Positions 1-9,915 of a DNA stretch of 64,000 bases are shown piece after piece. The position numbers and the translations under genes were made by a program. Under the pieces are notes generated by a model. That model worked only from the letters and a program-made list of their open reading frames with translations. It was not told where the DNA came from and ran no database searches. Location of the stretch: sequence record LR745206.1, one strand, 5' to 3'. Positions within the stretch are counted from its first letter, which is position 1; each line of letters begins with the position of its first letter.

Positions 1-2
1 AG

Positions 3-152
3 ATAGATATTGATTTATTAATAATATTCGCTTGGAACTATTCTAAAATGATTATAGATAAAACAAAATTCAAAAACTTTAATTATATGGTGGCTTTCCC
101 AGAGATTAAATACTTTAAAGAATCATCCAATATAAAATTAAATACACTTTAA
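3..152 (+). CDS. partial (5'-truncated) NDP-hexose C-methyltransferase, C-terminal domain
   Basis: Frame from nt 3 reads IDIDLLIIFAWNYSKMIIDKTKFKNFNYMVAFPEIK..., matching the D-x-L-I-L-A-W-N-[YF]...F-x-x-P-x-P tail of sugar C-methyltransferases. The stop overlaps the next ATG. Not in the ORF track. Confidence 0.55.
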   Translation: MDIDLLIIFAWNYSKMIIDKTKFKNFNYMVAFPEIKYFKESSNIKLNTL

Positions 153-1159
153 TGGAAATAGGATTCTTAATAACATCATATACACAAAAAACAATTAATA
201 ATGTTAATACTTGTTTATCATCTATAAGAAATTTCTATGATGATGTGAAGGTCGTTATAGTTGATAATTATAGTGGTGGTCCAGATATAAATTTACCAGG
301 AAATACATTCTATTATAAAAATGAGAATAATAGTTATGAAATGGGTGCTATATGGTATGCTATTGAGAAACATCCTGAGGTAGATAGATGGGTTATAATA
401 CACGATTCTTGTAAATTTATTAGTGAAATACCGGTTGATTTACAGAACGATAATAATAATTTCACACCATTTTGGTGTGATATACCAGAACATTACGCAC
501 CGACAATACCATTATTGATTAATCACCTAAAAAGTATTGGAATAGAATATGATGATGTTAAAACTGAAATTTGGAGATCTGTTTGTGGATTAATGTGTGT
601 TATAGATAAAAGTTTACTATCTAACTTATGTGATATTGGTCTTGATAAAATAAAACCTAATTCTAAGATAGATGCGGTTTGTTCGGAAATATTATTTGGA
701 TTAATCATAACCTATATAAATAAAGAGTCAATGAGACCAATACATGATAATCAAATATCAACATATATAAATAAAGAAAAAGATTGGGTATTTATTGAAA
801 AATATACAGGTGGGTTAAAGGCTGTTGATAATGGAACATATATTATATCAACTGGATCTATCTTACACCCAAGTAATAACTTTGAATATAATTATAAAGA
901 TAAAAGTTATAGTAATCTAGTTAATGATTATTTTGATATCGAAGATTTTTATAATCATATACTAAAAAGGGTAATAAGTGATGAAAATGCTATTAATGAA
1001 ATGGTTAATACATTCCCTAAATACTTGAGAATATCCGATGTGGATAGTAAAATATCAAAATTTGATCTTGTTAATTTATATTCTAGGGTAAGACATGAGG
1101 TATTTAATTTTATTTATTTTAAGGATTACTTTAATAAAAAATATAAAGAAATAATATGA
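152..1159 (+). CDS. putative glycosyltransferase (GT-A/GT2-like)
   Basis: N-terminal FLITSY...VVIVDN strand pattern, IIHDS DxD-like motif, position in a glycan cluster. Confidence 0.5.
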   Translation: MEIGFLITSYTQKTINNVNTCLSSIRNFYDDVKVVIVDNYSGGPDINLPGNTFYYKNENNSYEMGAIWYAIEKHPEVDRWVIIHDSCKFISEIPVDLQNDNNNFTPFWCDIPEHYAPTIPLLINHLKSIGIEYDDVKTEIWRSVCGLMCVIDKSLLSNLCDIGLDKIKPNSKIDAVCSEILFGLIITYINKESMRPIHDNQISTYINKEKDWVFIEKYTGGLKAVDNGTYIISTGSILHPSNNFEYNYKDKSYSNLVNDYFDIEDFYNHILKRVISDENAINEMVNTFPKYLRISDVDSKISKFDLVNLYSRVRHEVFNFIYFKDYFNKKYKEII

Positions 1160-1998
1160 AAAGTTTTGGATTCATAATACCAAGTTATTGTGATAGTGAC
1201 ATACACCTATCACAACTTAGAAGATGTTTAAAATCTATTAGAAATCATCATTCGGAAAAAATAATTATAATTGATGATTATTCAACAAAGGATATAAATT
1301 TGGTTGTTGTTGATTTTGATAATATTGAAATAATGAAATCACCAGTGAAAGGGGCTGGTGATATGGTTACATATCATCTTATGAAAGAACATCACCTTTT
1401 TGATAAAGCTATTATTATACAAGATAGTATGACTTTGGAGAAAAAGTTAGATAGGTTAGATGAAATAGACACTATTAGTTATTTATGGTACTTTACTAAT
1501 CACAGACACCATTGGGATCATATAGAGGAACCACAAGATGATTATAATATAAAACACGGGATAAAAGTACATGATGATTTACTTGTACATTGTATAGATA
1601 CCTTAATAGAGAAAGAAGAATTTAAGAAGTTTGCACAAGATATCTATTTTCAAAAAAATAAATGGTGTGGTTGTTTCGGGTGTCTTAGTATTGTCAATTA
1701 TGATTTTCTAGAGACTCTAAATAATAAAACTGGTATAATTGATATTATGTTAAAGATGAATAATAATAGACTCAGAAGGGCAGCTGAAAGTATGTTTGGA
1801 TTGGCATGTTTATTTACTTTAGGTGATAGTTTTTTAGAAACAGCTTATGATGGGCTTTACTATGATGGTGTTAATTTAGCTAGAGGTAGAAAGATATTAA
1901 ATTCAAAAGATATTGGATTAGACGAGTATAATGTTACTATCGACCAACATAGCAAAACAGAATATTTCTCTAAAATAGTTTTTTATAGAAATTTATAA
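1156..1998 (+). CDS. putative glycosyltransferase (GT2-like), paralog of upstream ORF
   Basis: FIIPSY...IIIIDD...IIIQDS. Shares W-x-x-[CV]-[FC]-G-x-[ML] and [AS]-E-x-[LM]-F-G-L motifs with 152..1159. Confidence 0.55.
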   Translation: MKSFGFIIPSYCDSDIHLSQLRRCLKSIRNHHSEKIIIIDDYSTKDINLVVVDFDNIEIMKSPVKGAGDMVTYHLMKEHHLFDKAIIIQDSMTLEKKLDRLDEIDTISYLWYFTNHRHHWDHIEEPQDDYNIKHGIKVHDDLLVHCIDTLIEKEEFKKFAQDIYFQKNKWCGCFGCLSIVNYDFLETLNNKTGIIDIMLKMNNNRLRRAAESMFGLACLFTLGDSFLETAYDGLYYDGVNLARGRKILNSKDIGLDEYNVTIDQHSKTEYFSKIVFYRNL

Positions 1999-2013
1999 AA
2001 TTAAATAATAAGT

Positions 2014-2859
2014 ATGAATGTATTAATAATAGGATCAACTGGGATGTTGGGTAACACACTTAAAAAATATCTAACTAAGATAAATATAGATTTTAAAACT
2101 CTGGATAGAAATGATATAGACTTATCTAAGTGTGGGTTTATTGAAATTGAAGAAAGTATAGTTAAATCCAATTGTGATGTTGTTATAAATTGCGCTGGTA
2201 TTGTTAAACAAAGAAAAAAAACACCAACTGCTGATTTTATTCATGTCAATTCATTAATACCACACTGGGTTGCTGATATATGTGAGAAAAAGGGTATTAA
2301 GATGATACATATAACAACGGATTGTGTATTTGATGGTCAATTAGGTGATTATAAAGAAAATGATATACATAACACATATGATGATTATGGAAGAAGTAAG
2401 TCTATGGGCGAACCTAACAATTGTACAGTTATTAGAACATCTATAATCGGTGAGGAGGAAAAAAACAAACTATCTTTATTAGAGTGGGTTAAATCAAATA
2501 AAAATGGTAATATAAATGGTTATAAAAATCATATATGGAATGGAGTAACTTGTCTTCAATTATCAAAAATAATGATGGATATAGCTAATAATATGAGTTA
2601 TTGGGAAGGTGTTAAGCATATATTTTCTAATAAAGTAAGCAAATATGATTTATCCAAAATGATAAATGAGATATATGATTTAAATATTAAAATAACTCCA
2701 ATTGATGATGTATATTCTGTTAATAGAACTATTGATACTATATATGATGTTGATGTATTTAACATACCAAATTTATATAAGCAGATAAAGGAAACAAAAG
2801 ACTTTCACAATGATATAAAAAATGAAGAATTAAAAAAATATTATGATAATCTATTATGA
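2014..2859 (+). CDS. rmlD: dTDP-4-dehydrorhamnose reductase-like SDR
   Basis: IGSTGMLG Rossmann motif, INCAG, HITTDCVFDG, YGRSK (YxxxK). Confidence 0.85.
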   Translation: MNVLIIGSTGMLGNTLKKYLTKINIDFKTLDRNDIDLSKCGFIEIEESIVKSNCDVVINCAGIVKQRKKTPTADFIHVNSLIPHWVADICEKKGIKMIHITTDCVFDGQLGDYKENDIHNTYDDYGRSKSMGEPNNCTVIRTSIIGEEEKNKLSLLEWVKSNKNGNINGYKNHIWNGVTCLQLSKIMMDIANNMSYWEGVKHIFSNKVSKYDLSKMINEIYDLNIKITPIDDVYSVNRTIDTIYDVDVFNIPNLYKQIKETKDFHNDIKNEELKKYYDNLL

Positions 2860-3962
2860 AAATAGCAATAGTAACTGGGTCAGCAGGACTCATAGGATCA
2901 CAAACATGTGATTTCCTTCATGAAAAGGGATATAAAATTATAGGAATTGATAATGATATGAGAGCTTACTTTTTTGGAGAAGACTCATCAACTAATGATT
3001 CTAGAATTTCATTAGAGAAAAAGCTTAATAACTATGAGCACAAAAATATTGATATACGTAATTATGATGATATAACAAAATTATTTGAAGAACATTCTAC
3101 CAATATTGATATTGTCATACATACAGCCGCTCAACCATCACATGACTGGGCAGCAAATGAACCATTAACTGACTTTGGAATAAATGCTACTGGTACAATG
3201 AATATGTTAGAAGCAACGAGATTAAATTGCCCTAAAGCAACATTTATTTTCACATCAACTAACAAAGTATATGGTGATAGACCAAATAATTCATATTATA
3301 ATAATATACCTGATGGTGATTATAATGGTATGATGATCAAAGAAGAAGAAAAAAGATGGGAATCCTACTTTATGTGTGGATCATTAGCAGCTATCGATGA
3401 GAATATGTCGATTGATAATTCAAAACATTCAATATTTGGGGCTTCTAAAGTAGCAGCCGATGTTATGTGTCAGGAATATGGTAAATATTTCGGAATGAAT
3501 GTTGTCGTTTTCAGAGGTGGATGTCTTACTGGACCAAATCACGCTGGTGCTGAATTACATGGATTTTTATCTTATCTAGTTAAATGTATAGTACACAATA
3601 AACACTATACTATATTTGGATACAAAGGTAAACAAGTTAGAGATAATATACATTCTTTGGATTTGGTTAATATGTTTTGGGAATATCATAAAAATCCGAA
3701 ACCTGGTAAAGTTTATAATGCTGGTGGAGGTAGAGATAATTCAACATCTATATTAGAAGCTATTGATAAGATCAATGAAATAGCTGGTACTAATTGGGAC
3801 AACTATACATTATCTGATGATAATAGGGTTGGTGATCATATTTGGTATATATCAGACTTATCTAAATTTAAAAATGATTACCCTAATTGGGATATAACAA
3901 TTGATTTAGATGAGACAATTAGACAAATGGTTGATTTTGAAAAAAATAAATTACAAAAATGA
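2856..3962 (+). CDS. NAD-dependent sugar epimerase/dehydratase (CDP-paratose 2-epimerase-like)
   Basis: TGSAGLIG, HTAAQPSHD, STNKVYGD, FGASK, FRGGCLTGP, GKQVRDNIH. Confidence 0.85.
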   Translation: MKIAIVTGSAGLIGSQTCDFLHEKGYKIIGIDNDMRAYFFGEDSSTNDSRISLEKKLNNYEHKNIDIRNYDDITKLFEEHSTNIDIVIHTAAQPSHDWAANEPLTDFGINATGTMNMLEATRLNCPKATFIFTSTNKVYGDRPNNSYYNNIPDGDYNGMMIKEEEKRWESYFMCGSLAAIDENMSIDNSKHSIFGASKVAADVMCQEYGKYFGMNVVVFRGGCLTGPNHAGAELHGFLSYLVKCIVHNKHYTIFGYKGKQVRDNIHSLDLVNMFWEYHKNPKPGKVYNAGGGRDNSTSILEAIDKINEIAGTNWDNYTLSDDNRVGDHIWYISDLSKFKNDYPNWDITIDLDETIRQMVDFEKNKLQK

Positions 3963-4807
3963 TTATAGTTACATTGATGGGTGGTATGGGTAATCAGATG
4001 TTCCAATATGCTTTGGCTAGAAACTTATCACTAAGATATAATGTTCCTCTTAAAATAGATTTATCATTTCTTAAAAATAGAAATATGGGTCATAATTTTG
4101 TTTATAGGGATTATGATTTAGATATATTTAATGTTCATGAGGATTTTGAAATAGGTCAATTGGATGTTGCTATTAAGATTACCGAGCCACATTTTCACTA
4201 CTCTCAAAATCTAATAGATTCGTTAGATAAATCATATGATAATAGTATGGATGTATCGGGTAATATTATATTAAATGGATATTGGCAAACTCCAAAGTAT
4301 TTTGGAGATTTTGAAGAACAAATAAGAAAAGATTTTATATTCCGGGATAAGGTTGAGGAATCTGATGATTATATAAAAGGTATGTTAAATAAAATAACAT
4401 CAACTAATTCCGTTCTTTTGAATGTTCGAAGAGCTGATTATCTAAATACAAATTATCATGGTGTTATGGGTATGGAATATATAAATGATGCTGTTAAAAT
4501 AATAGAATCTAAAGTAGAAAATCCACATTACTTTGTTTTTTCTGATGATGTTGATTGGTGTAAAGAGAATATTAAATTGGATAATATGACTGTTGTTGAT
4601 CATTCTTATAAGGGTGATAGATTCAGTTATTATTTACAATTGATGAAGAATTGTAAACACTTTATAATACCAAATAGCTCATTCGCTTGGTGGGCAGCTT
4701 GGTTAAATGAGGATAGTAATAAAATAGTAATAACACCAAAAAATTGGTTTACTGATAGTAATATCAATACAAATGATTTAATACCAGCTAATTGGATAAG
4801 AATATAA
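3959..4807 (+). CDS. GT11 alpha-1,2-fucosyltransferase-like glycosyltransferase
   Basis: GGMGNQMFQYA, GYWQ, NVRRADY, VFSDD, IIPNSSFAWWAAWL. Confidence 0.9.
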   Translation: MIIVTLMGGMGNQMFQYALARNLSLRYNVPLKIDLSFLKNRNMGHNFVYRDYDLDIFNVHEDFEIGQLDVAIKITEPHFHYSQNLIDSLDKSYDNSMDVSGNIILNGYWQTPKYFGDFEEQIRKDFIFRDKVEESDDYIKGMLNKITSTNSVLLNVRRADYLNTNYHGVMGMEYINDAVKIIESKVENPHYFVFSDDVDWCKENIKLDNMTVVDHSYKGDRFSYYLQLMKNCKHFIIPNSSFAWWAAWLNEDSNKIVITPKNWFTDSNINTNDLIPANWIRI

Positions 4808-4820
4808 AATAAATTAAGAT

Positions 4821-5390
4821 ATGGCGCATAAAGAACAAGATGATTATGTAAATAAAATAAAAGATAAATTTCCACAATTCTTTAAGAATAAAAAGGTGTT
4901 GGGTATAGGAACATTCAATGTTTGTGGTACAGAAGACCAATATTTCAGTGAATGTGATTATCAAGGATTAGATCTTGGTCCAGGTGAGGGTGTTGATATT
5001 GTTTGTCCAGCACAGGAGTATGATGCTCCTGATGAGACATTTGATGTTATTATTTCTTGTGAGTGTTGGGAACATAATCCTTATTATAAAGAAAGCATAC
5101 AAAATGCAGTTAGGATGTTAAAAAGTGGTGGATTTTTCATATTCACTTGTGCTACAACTGGTAGAGCTGTACATGGTGTTAAATATTTAGAAGAGGAGTG
5201 TAAATTACAATATAATAATTGGAAAACTATGCCAAATGTATCCAGGGAGAATTGGGATAATGATTACTATAAAAATTTAACAGAAGATGATATAAGAGAA
5301 TGTATAGATATCGATAATTCATTTAGTTCTTATGAATTTGAGGTTGAGGAAAATCATTTTGATTTATTTTTCTGGGGGATAAAAAAATAA
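4821..5390 (+). CDS. class I SAM-dependent methyltransferase
   Basis: KVLGIGT, GLDLGPGEGVD, FDVIISCECWEH, LKSGG. Confidence 0.75.
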   Translation: MAHKEQDDYVNKIKDKFPQFFKNKKVLGIGTFNVCGTEDQYFSECDYQGLDLGPGEGVDIVCPAQEYDAPDETFDVIISCECWEHNPYYKESIQNAVRMLKSGGFFIFTCATTGRAVHGVKYLEEECKLQYNNWKTMPNVSRENWDNDYYKNLTEDDIRECIDIDNSFSSYEFEVEENHFDLFFWGIKK

Positions 5391-5397
5391 ATGTAAT

Positions 5398-6192
5398 ATG
5401 ATAGAAGAAAAGGATATTGTTTTTGTAACTAATTCATTATATACGAAATGGATGGATTATCAATCAAAAATAATTAAAAAACTATTTCCGGAAAGTGAAC
5501 ATGTTATTATTAATGGTGGTACACCATATTTTAGATCCAAATGGCCAAATTCTTGGTTCTTTTGGATAGATGAGGTTAAAAAATCAGACAAAAAATATTA
5601 TATTCATATAGATGAAGATTTCTTTTTAACATCTAAAATAGAATTATTGAAAGCTATTGAGAAATTTGAAAATAACAATATAGATTTGATGGGCTGTCCA
5701 GATGGATATCACCATTTTAGAGGAGCTAATCCAGTTGCTATAAATACATTCCTAATGATTGGTAGAGTAAGTGATTTAAAAAGATTGGATAATGATATTT
5801 TAAGAAATGCTAAATATAATTTAGTATCTTATGATGGTAGTTCATACTCTTGGGTAAATGATATAGGTATAAAATTTAGAGAAGAATATAAAAATGATTT
5901 TAATTATCCATTTGAGGACCAAGGTGGATCTAATTTTATAAATGATCATGAACCTTATTATGCTTTCTTATGGTCTATGAAGGAGCTGGGTTGTAAGTTT
6001 GATTATTTATATCCTTTTTTCGATAATAGATTCAAATCTACTAATCCTAGATTAGAAAAAGATTCAGAAGATATCGGAATACATATGTGGTATACAAGAC
6101 AATGGGATAACACAATGGATGTTTGGGGATTACCAAATGTTGAAAGATATAATTTAGTTGAAAAGTATCTTAATGAATTATATGAAATCTAA
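5398..6192 (+). CDS. putative glycosyltransferase
   Basis: YYIHIDEDFF DxD motif, C-terminal IHMWY, cluster context. Confidence 0.45.
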   Translation: MIEEKDIVFVTNSLYTKWMDYQSKIIKKLFPESEHVIINGGTPYFRSKWPNSWFFWIDEVKKSDKKYYIHIDEDFFLTSKIELLKAIEKFENNNIDLMGCPDGYHHFRGANPVAINTFLMIGRVSDLKRLDNDILRNAKYNLVSYDGSSYSWVNDIGIKFREEYKNDFNYPFEDQGGSNFINDHEPYYAFLWSMKELGCKFDYLYPFFDNRFKSTNPRLEKDSEDIGIHMWYTRQWDNTMDVWGLPNVERYNLVEKYLNELYEI

Positions 6193-6361
6193 AAAACATA
6201 TTAGTTCATCTTATGGTATTGATGTAGAGGATAAATTAACTTCTATGTTATCAGAAGAATTGGCTAAGGAAATTGATAAGAGTATTCTAAGTGGTCTTGG
6301 TATTGAACCAGATAGATATAAACGTAGAAAGAATTCTATTAATAAGATATTTAAACAATAG
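6182..6361 (+). CDS. small protein with major-capsid-like helix and C-terminal R-x-x-K tag
   Basis: Likely start ATG 6182. YGIDVEDKLTSMLSEELAKEIDKSIL, ends RRKNSINKIFKQ. Confidence 0.6.
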   Translation: MKSKKHISSSYGIDVEDKLTSMLSEELAKEIDKSILSGLGIEPDRYKRRKNSINKIFKQ

Positions 6362-6869
6362 CAAATTCTATTTTAGCAAAAAGATATTCATCAGAGGAAT
6401 ATCCATTATCATTTAAATAAGATTTATAATCCATTTCACCTATCCCGGTGAATTTATATAAAGGAATTCGGTAACTATCAGGGTTTTGAACTTGTTGAGC
6501 TTTTCCATTAAAGTATATGATGAATTTAGAATCAAATCCTTGATCAACTAATCTATCTCTAGTTTCACTCATTCTATCAAGTATATTTTCGAATTCTTGT
6601 TCGATACCTTCTTTTTTAAGACACTTTTTTAGTTGTATTATTGTATAAAATTCTGGACCACTCCCAATATAATATGACCAATCTTCATCTTGGATCAAAT
6701 CAGCAAAATAAGGTTTGAATTCATCTGATATATCTCTATTTCCTTGATATAATCTTTGTCTATTCTTATATTGAGTATAAGATTTTAAACGTCCTAAATT
6801 ATGACTGATATCTTTCAAAGATTTTAATAAATCATCTTCGTCAGATTCAAACATTTTTAAATATTTCAT
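6351..6869 (-). CDS. hypothetical protein with N-terminal capsid-targeting-like (CTS-like) motif
   Basis: True start likely ATG 6869 (MKYLKMFESD), directly after TAATATATA. Confidence 0.7.
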   Translation of the reverse strand: MKYLKMFESDEDDLLKSLKDISHNLGRLKSYTQYKNRQRLYQGNRDISDEFKPYFADLIQDEDWSYYIGSGPEFYTIIQLKKCLKKEGIEQEFENILDRMSETRDRLVDQGFDSKFIIYFNGKAQQVQNPDSYRIPLYKFTGIGEMDYKSYLNDNGYSSDEYLFAKIEFAIV

Positions 6870-6873
6870 AAAG

Positions 6874-6882
6874 TATATATTA
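6874..6882 (-). promoter_or_regulatory. putative phage late promoter TAATATATA
   Basis: Exact motif just upstream of ATG 6869, recurrent across the window. Confidence 0.55.
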
Positions 6883-7479
6883 AATCTTCTGAATAATAAC
6901 CGGTAGAGTACCAAGTTCAAGAACTTTACTTTTATTAAGTAAGAACTCAATGTCGTAGAAGTTGAAGTGGAAAGTCATTGTAAATTCTTTAGCATTTACT
7001 TTTTGTTGAGAATAGTTAAAATCATTATCTGATAAAGATTTCAATACAATTTCGTAAAATTTTATAACATAAATAGCATCTCGATGTATGTCAAGAGCTG
7101 TTATCGTAAATGGATTTAAGAAAGAGTTTTCAACGTCTAAATAATGTTTATTAATTATATCAAACATTAACCAATAATTTAAATCAGAATCAACAGATCT
7201 AAAAGTAACTTGTAATTCACGAGTCGTTATTATATCCTGTATATTAGTAGCTGGTTTAAATTGTCTTTCTTTACCTCTCATAGTAATTTGTTTTGGCATA
7301 TCAAAAGAAATACCAGGGAAGTTAACACTCTTCATAGTTGAGTTTATATAATCTATTACATTCTCATACTGTATCCAATTCTTTTCTAGAATTGGAGTAT
7401 AAGTCTCAAGTATTTCTGATGGTAAGAAATCACCTGGTAGGTTAAATATAAACTGACTGGATTGGCTACTTAATCTCAT
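6880..7479 (-). CDS. putative tail tube/baseplate-type structural protein
   Basis: Beta-rich pattern LQVTFRSVDSDLNYWLMFD...FTMTFHFNFYD, reminiscent of T4 gp19/gp54-fold proteins, in a late operon. Confidence 0.4.
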   Translation of the reverse strand: MRLSSQSSQFIFNLPGDFLPSEILETYTPILEKNWIQYENVIDYINSTMKSVNFPGISFDMPKQITMRGKERQFKPATNIQDIITTRELQVTFRSVDSDLNYWLMFDIINKHYLDVENSFLNPFTITALDIHRDAIYVIKFYEIVLKSLSDNDFNYSQQKVNAKEFTMTFHFNFYDIEFLLNKSKVLELGTLPVIIQKI

Positions 7480-7481
7480 TA

Positions 7482-9443
7482 TTAACTATCTCCTTTTTTT
7501 AAATTATTTCCTAATTTACTTTGTAAATCTTTTATTTCATTCGGTTTAGCTATTGGTTTACTAGTAATTGGTTTTCTTGTTACAATTGCTGTTTCTTTTA
7601 TAGCACTTGGATCTGGTATAATAGATGGTTTTGAAGTTTCTTTATCTGCTTGGTTATTAAGAGCAGTTACATTGTTCTTATCATCATATATTTTGAATAA
7701 ACCAGTATAAATAACAGATGTTGATGTTTGATTAGTACCAACTATATAAAAAACGTTCACACCCGCAGTATAAACTCTCTTTATTTCTGCAAATTTACCC
7801 TGTGTAAGTTTAAATGCTACCTGACCAATAGCTAAATTAATATCACCACTTTCTATGAAAAGTGGGAATGATATTTGATTTTTATCATTTCTTATAACAA
7901 ATTTAATTTCACTAAATCCTGTTAAATCAAAATATTCCGGAATTTCATTAGTTCCTCTTGCTATAGAAAACTTAACAATATTATCAAATGGATATAGTAA
8001 TATTTGAATCTTACCCAAACCAAAGAAGTTTTTACTATCAAATAACGCATTTTCTGATTTACCAATAATATTAAATCTATCTATTAATACTGGGAAAGGA
8101 ACATTAACAGTCTCAACAATAACATTACCGTTACCACCATTACCAAATCCATTACCTGAACCATTTCCAAACCCATTGCCGTTAGCACCATTACCAGATC
8201 CGTTACCGAACCCATCTAATCCATTACCAAGACCATTTGGTATTTTACCATCAATTGCTAGCATACCTTGTGAATTAGCAAGACCAACTAATGATGGATT
8301 AATTGAATTTTTAATATTATAAATTTTAGGCTTAAAAGCATTTTTCAAATTTATCTTCATTAACTTTAAAGAATACTTAGATACTTCATCTTGTAACATA
8401 CCATAGGATGCCCTTCTAACAATATAAGAATCATCAACAGCATCTATTAATCTCATCTCAACATCTATAATAGCTGTTGTGGTTGAATATTTAATTATTG
8501 GTCGATACTCAATAGTTTCATTAAAAGAATCTGTAACTGTAACTGTTGTTGTTTTACCCCTTATATTTTGCTCATACATTGTTATATTATATTGTACATA
8601 ATATCTATGATCCTGCACAACAGAGTCGTCAATAAATTTCTTAAATCCTGATATCGTATCATTATAAGTACCAAAAATTTCAAAGAAATCTCCATTTGTA
8701 GAATGTTCTACCACCAATCCTAATTTTTCAAATTCAGGTGATTGTGGAACAGTTGTCGTTACTTTAGGAGCTGTTAAATAGGTTGTTATCCCATTTATAG
8801 TTTGTATATTTGTTACAAAATGAAAATCAATAAATATTGGGGTCGTTGAACTTAACCCAGCACCATTTGTTAAATTAGCATTAATACTATTCTCTTTAGG
8901 TAAGCTATTTTCTAATTGAGCAGCTATTTCACTAACAGCTGGTATTTCAATTGTTATATTCTTACCCCATAATTTCTCTTGAAAAAGTAATGGTGGTGAT
9001 GTAAAATTCATTAGATATTGCTGACTAACATCAGTCATATCAAAATAAAAATTAGATAGTTCGTAAGTATTTTGATTTAATGAATCATATGTGTAAACTT
9101 TTACATAAAATCCTAAATATTCACCAAATGTCCAATTTACCGGAAGGTGGAATTTAAGAACATCGTGTCTAATTGGTGGTGTTGATGAATAATTCTTTAC
9201 TTGTAGAAAAGTATAATAATCTGGATTAACTTTACCATATCTACCAGAAACAGCGTCAATTCTAAATAGTTGATTGATCTGTGTATTACCTGTACCACTT
9301 GTCTCAGTAGCTATATAAGATTGATTCTTATCTTTTGAATTAACAAGTATATCATAAGGTTCACTTATTAAGTTTCCTTCGTTATATACATACTCTAGTA
9401 GAATATTCTTATCGAGTTTTATAAACTTAGATATCTTCGCCAT
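7482..9443 (-). CDS. large putative virion structural protein with Gly-Asn repeat linker
   Basis: 653 aa beta-rich ORF under TAATATATA (9466..9474), with a GNG repeats segment. Confidence 0.5.
   Translation of the reverse strand: MAKISKFIKLDKNILLEYVYNEGNLISEPYDILVNSKDKNQSYIATETSGTGNTQINQLFRIDAVSGRYGKVNPDYYTFLQVKNYSSTPPIRHDVLKFHLPVNWTFGEYLGFYVKVYTYDSLNQNTYELSNFYFDMTDVSQQYLMNFTSPPLLFQEKLWGKNITIEIPAVSEIAAQLENSLPKENSINANLTNGAGLSSTTPIFIDFHFVTNIQTINGITTYLTAPKVTTTVPQSPEFEKLGLVVEHSTNGDFFEIFGTYNDTISGFKKFIDDSVVQDHRYYVQYNITMYEQNIRGKTTTVTVTDSFNETIEYRPIIKYSTTTAIIDVEMRLIDAVDDSYIVRRASYGMLQDEVSKYSLKLMKINLKNAFKPKIYNIKNSINPSLVGLANSQGMLAIDGKIPNGLGNGLDGFGNGSGNGANGNGFGNGSGNGFGNGGNGNVIVETVNVPFPVLIDRFNIIGKSENALFDSKNFFGLGKIQILLYPFDNIVKFSIARGTNEIPEYFDLTGFSEIKFVIRNDKNQISFPLFIESGDINLAIGQVAFKLTQGKFAEIKRVYTAGVNVFYIVGTNQTSTSVIYTGLFKIYDDKNNVTALNNQADKETSKPSIIPDPSAIKETAIVTRKPITSKPIAKPNEIKDLQSKLGNNLKKGDS
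8126..8238 (-). repeat. low-complexity Gly-Asn-Gly coding repeat
   Basis: Encodes NGLGNGLDGFGNGSGNGANGNGFGNGSGNGFGNGGNG. Confidence 0.8.
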
Positions 9444-9465
9444 TTAGTATTAAGAGATTTTGAAT

Positions 9466-9474
9466 TATATATTA
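9466..9474 (-). promoter_or_regulatory. putative late promoter TAATATATA
   Basis: Exact motif upstream of 7482..9443. Confidence 0.55.
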
Positions 9475-9510
9475 AAAAGAAAAACCTTTCTATTATGAAA
9501 GGTTCTCTTT
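9475..9510 (-). terminator. intrinsic terminator
   Basis: AACCTTTC/GAAAGGTT stem followed by a T-rich run on the minus strand, at the end of 9493..9906. Confidence 0.55.
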
Positions 9511-9906
9511 TATTAGTCTTTGTTTGACAGATTCTATTATTTGTTCATCAGTCAAGTTATGATGTTTCTCTTTTATCTGTCTATATAATTCTTGTTCTTC
9601 TAATGCTAATTTTTCAATTTCTTTATTTAGTGGATCAACTAAATCCTCTAACATTTTTCCTTCGTTTTCAACTTCTTTTAATACCTCAAGCATTTCATTC
9701 AGTGATCCTTCTGCTGAAAAATGAATATTTTTATCCTTCTTACTATTTTCAGCATTTTCTTGGATTTTTTCAACCTTCTTGATTGTTTCATCAAGCTTCT
9801 CCACAACTTTCTCAGCTGATTTTTTGTAAAAGTCCATACTATTAGACATCTTCAAATAGGTTCTTCTGATTCTTACAGCACTTTGTAAAAATATCTCATC
9901 TATCAT
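9493..9906 (-). CDS. hypothetical coiled-coil protein
   Basis: E/K/L-rich heptad pattern. Confidence 0.6.
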   Translation of the reverse strand: MIDEIFLQSAVRIRRTYLKMSNSMDFYKKSAEKVVEKLDETIKKVEKIQENAENSKKDKNIHFSAEGSLNEMLEVLKEVENEGKMLEDLVDPLNKEIEKLALEEQELYRQIKEKHHNLTDEQIIESVKQRLIKENLS

Positions 9907-9915
9907 ATCATTTTA

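Noticed and set aside
8126-8238. CRISPR-like or tandem DNA repeat
   Set aside because: Degenerate codon-level repeat encoding a Gly-Asn linker, with no constant repeat-spacer structure. No CRISPR array seen anywhere in the window.
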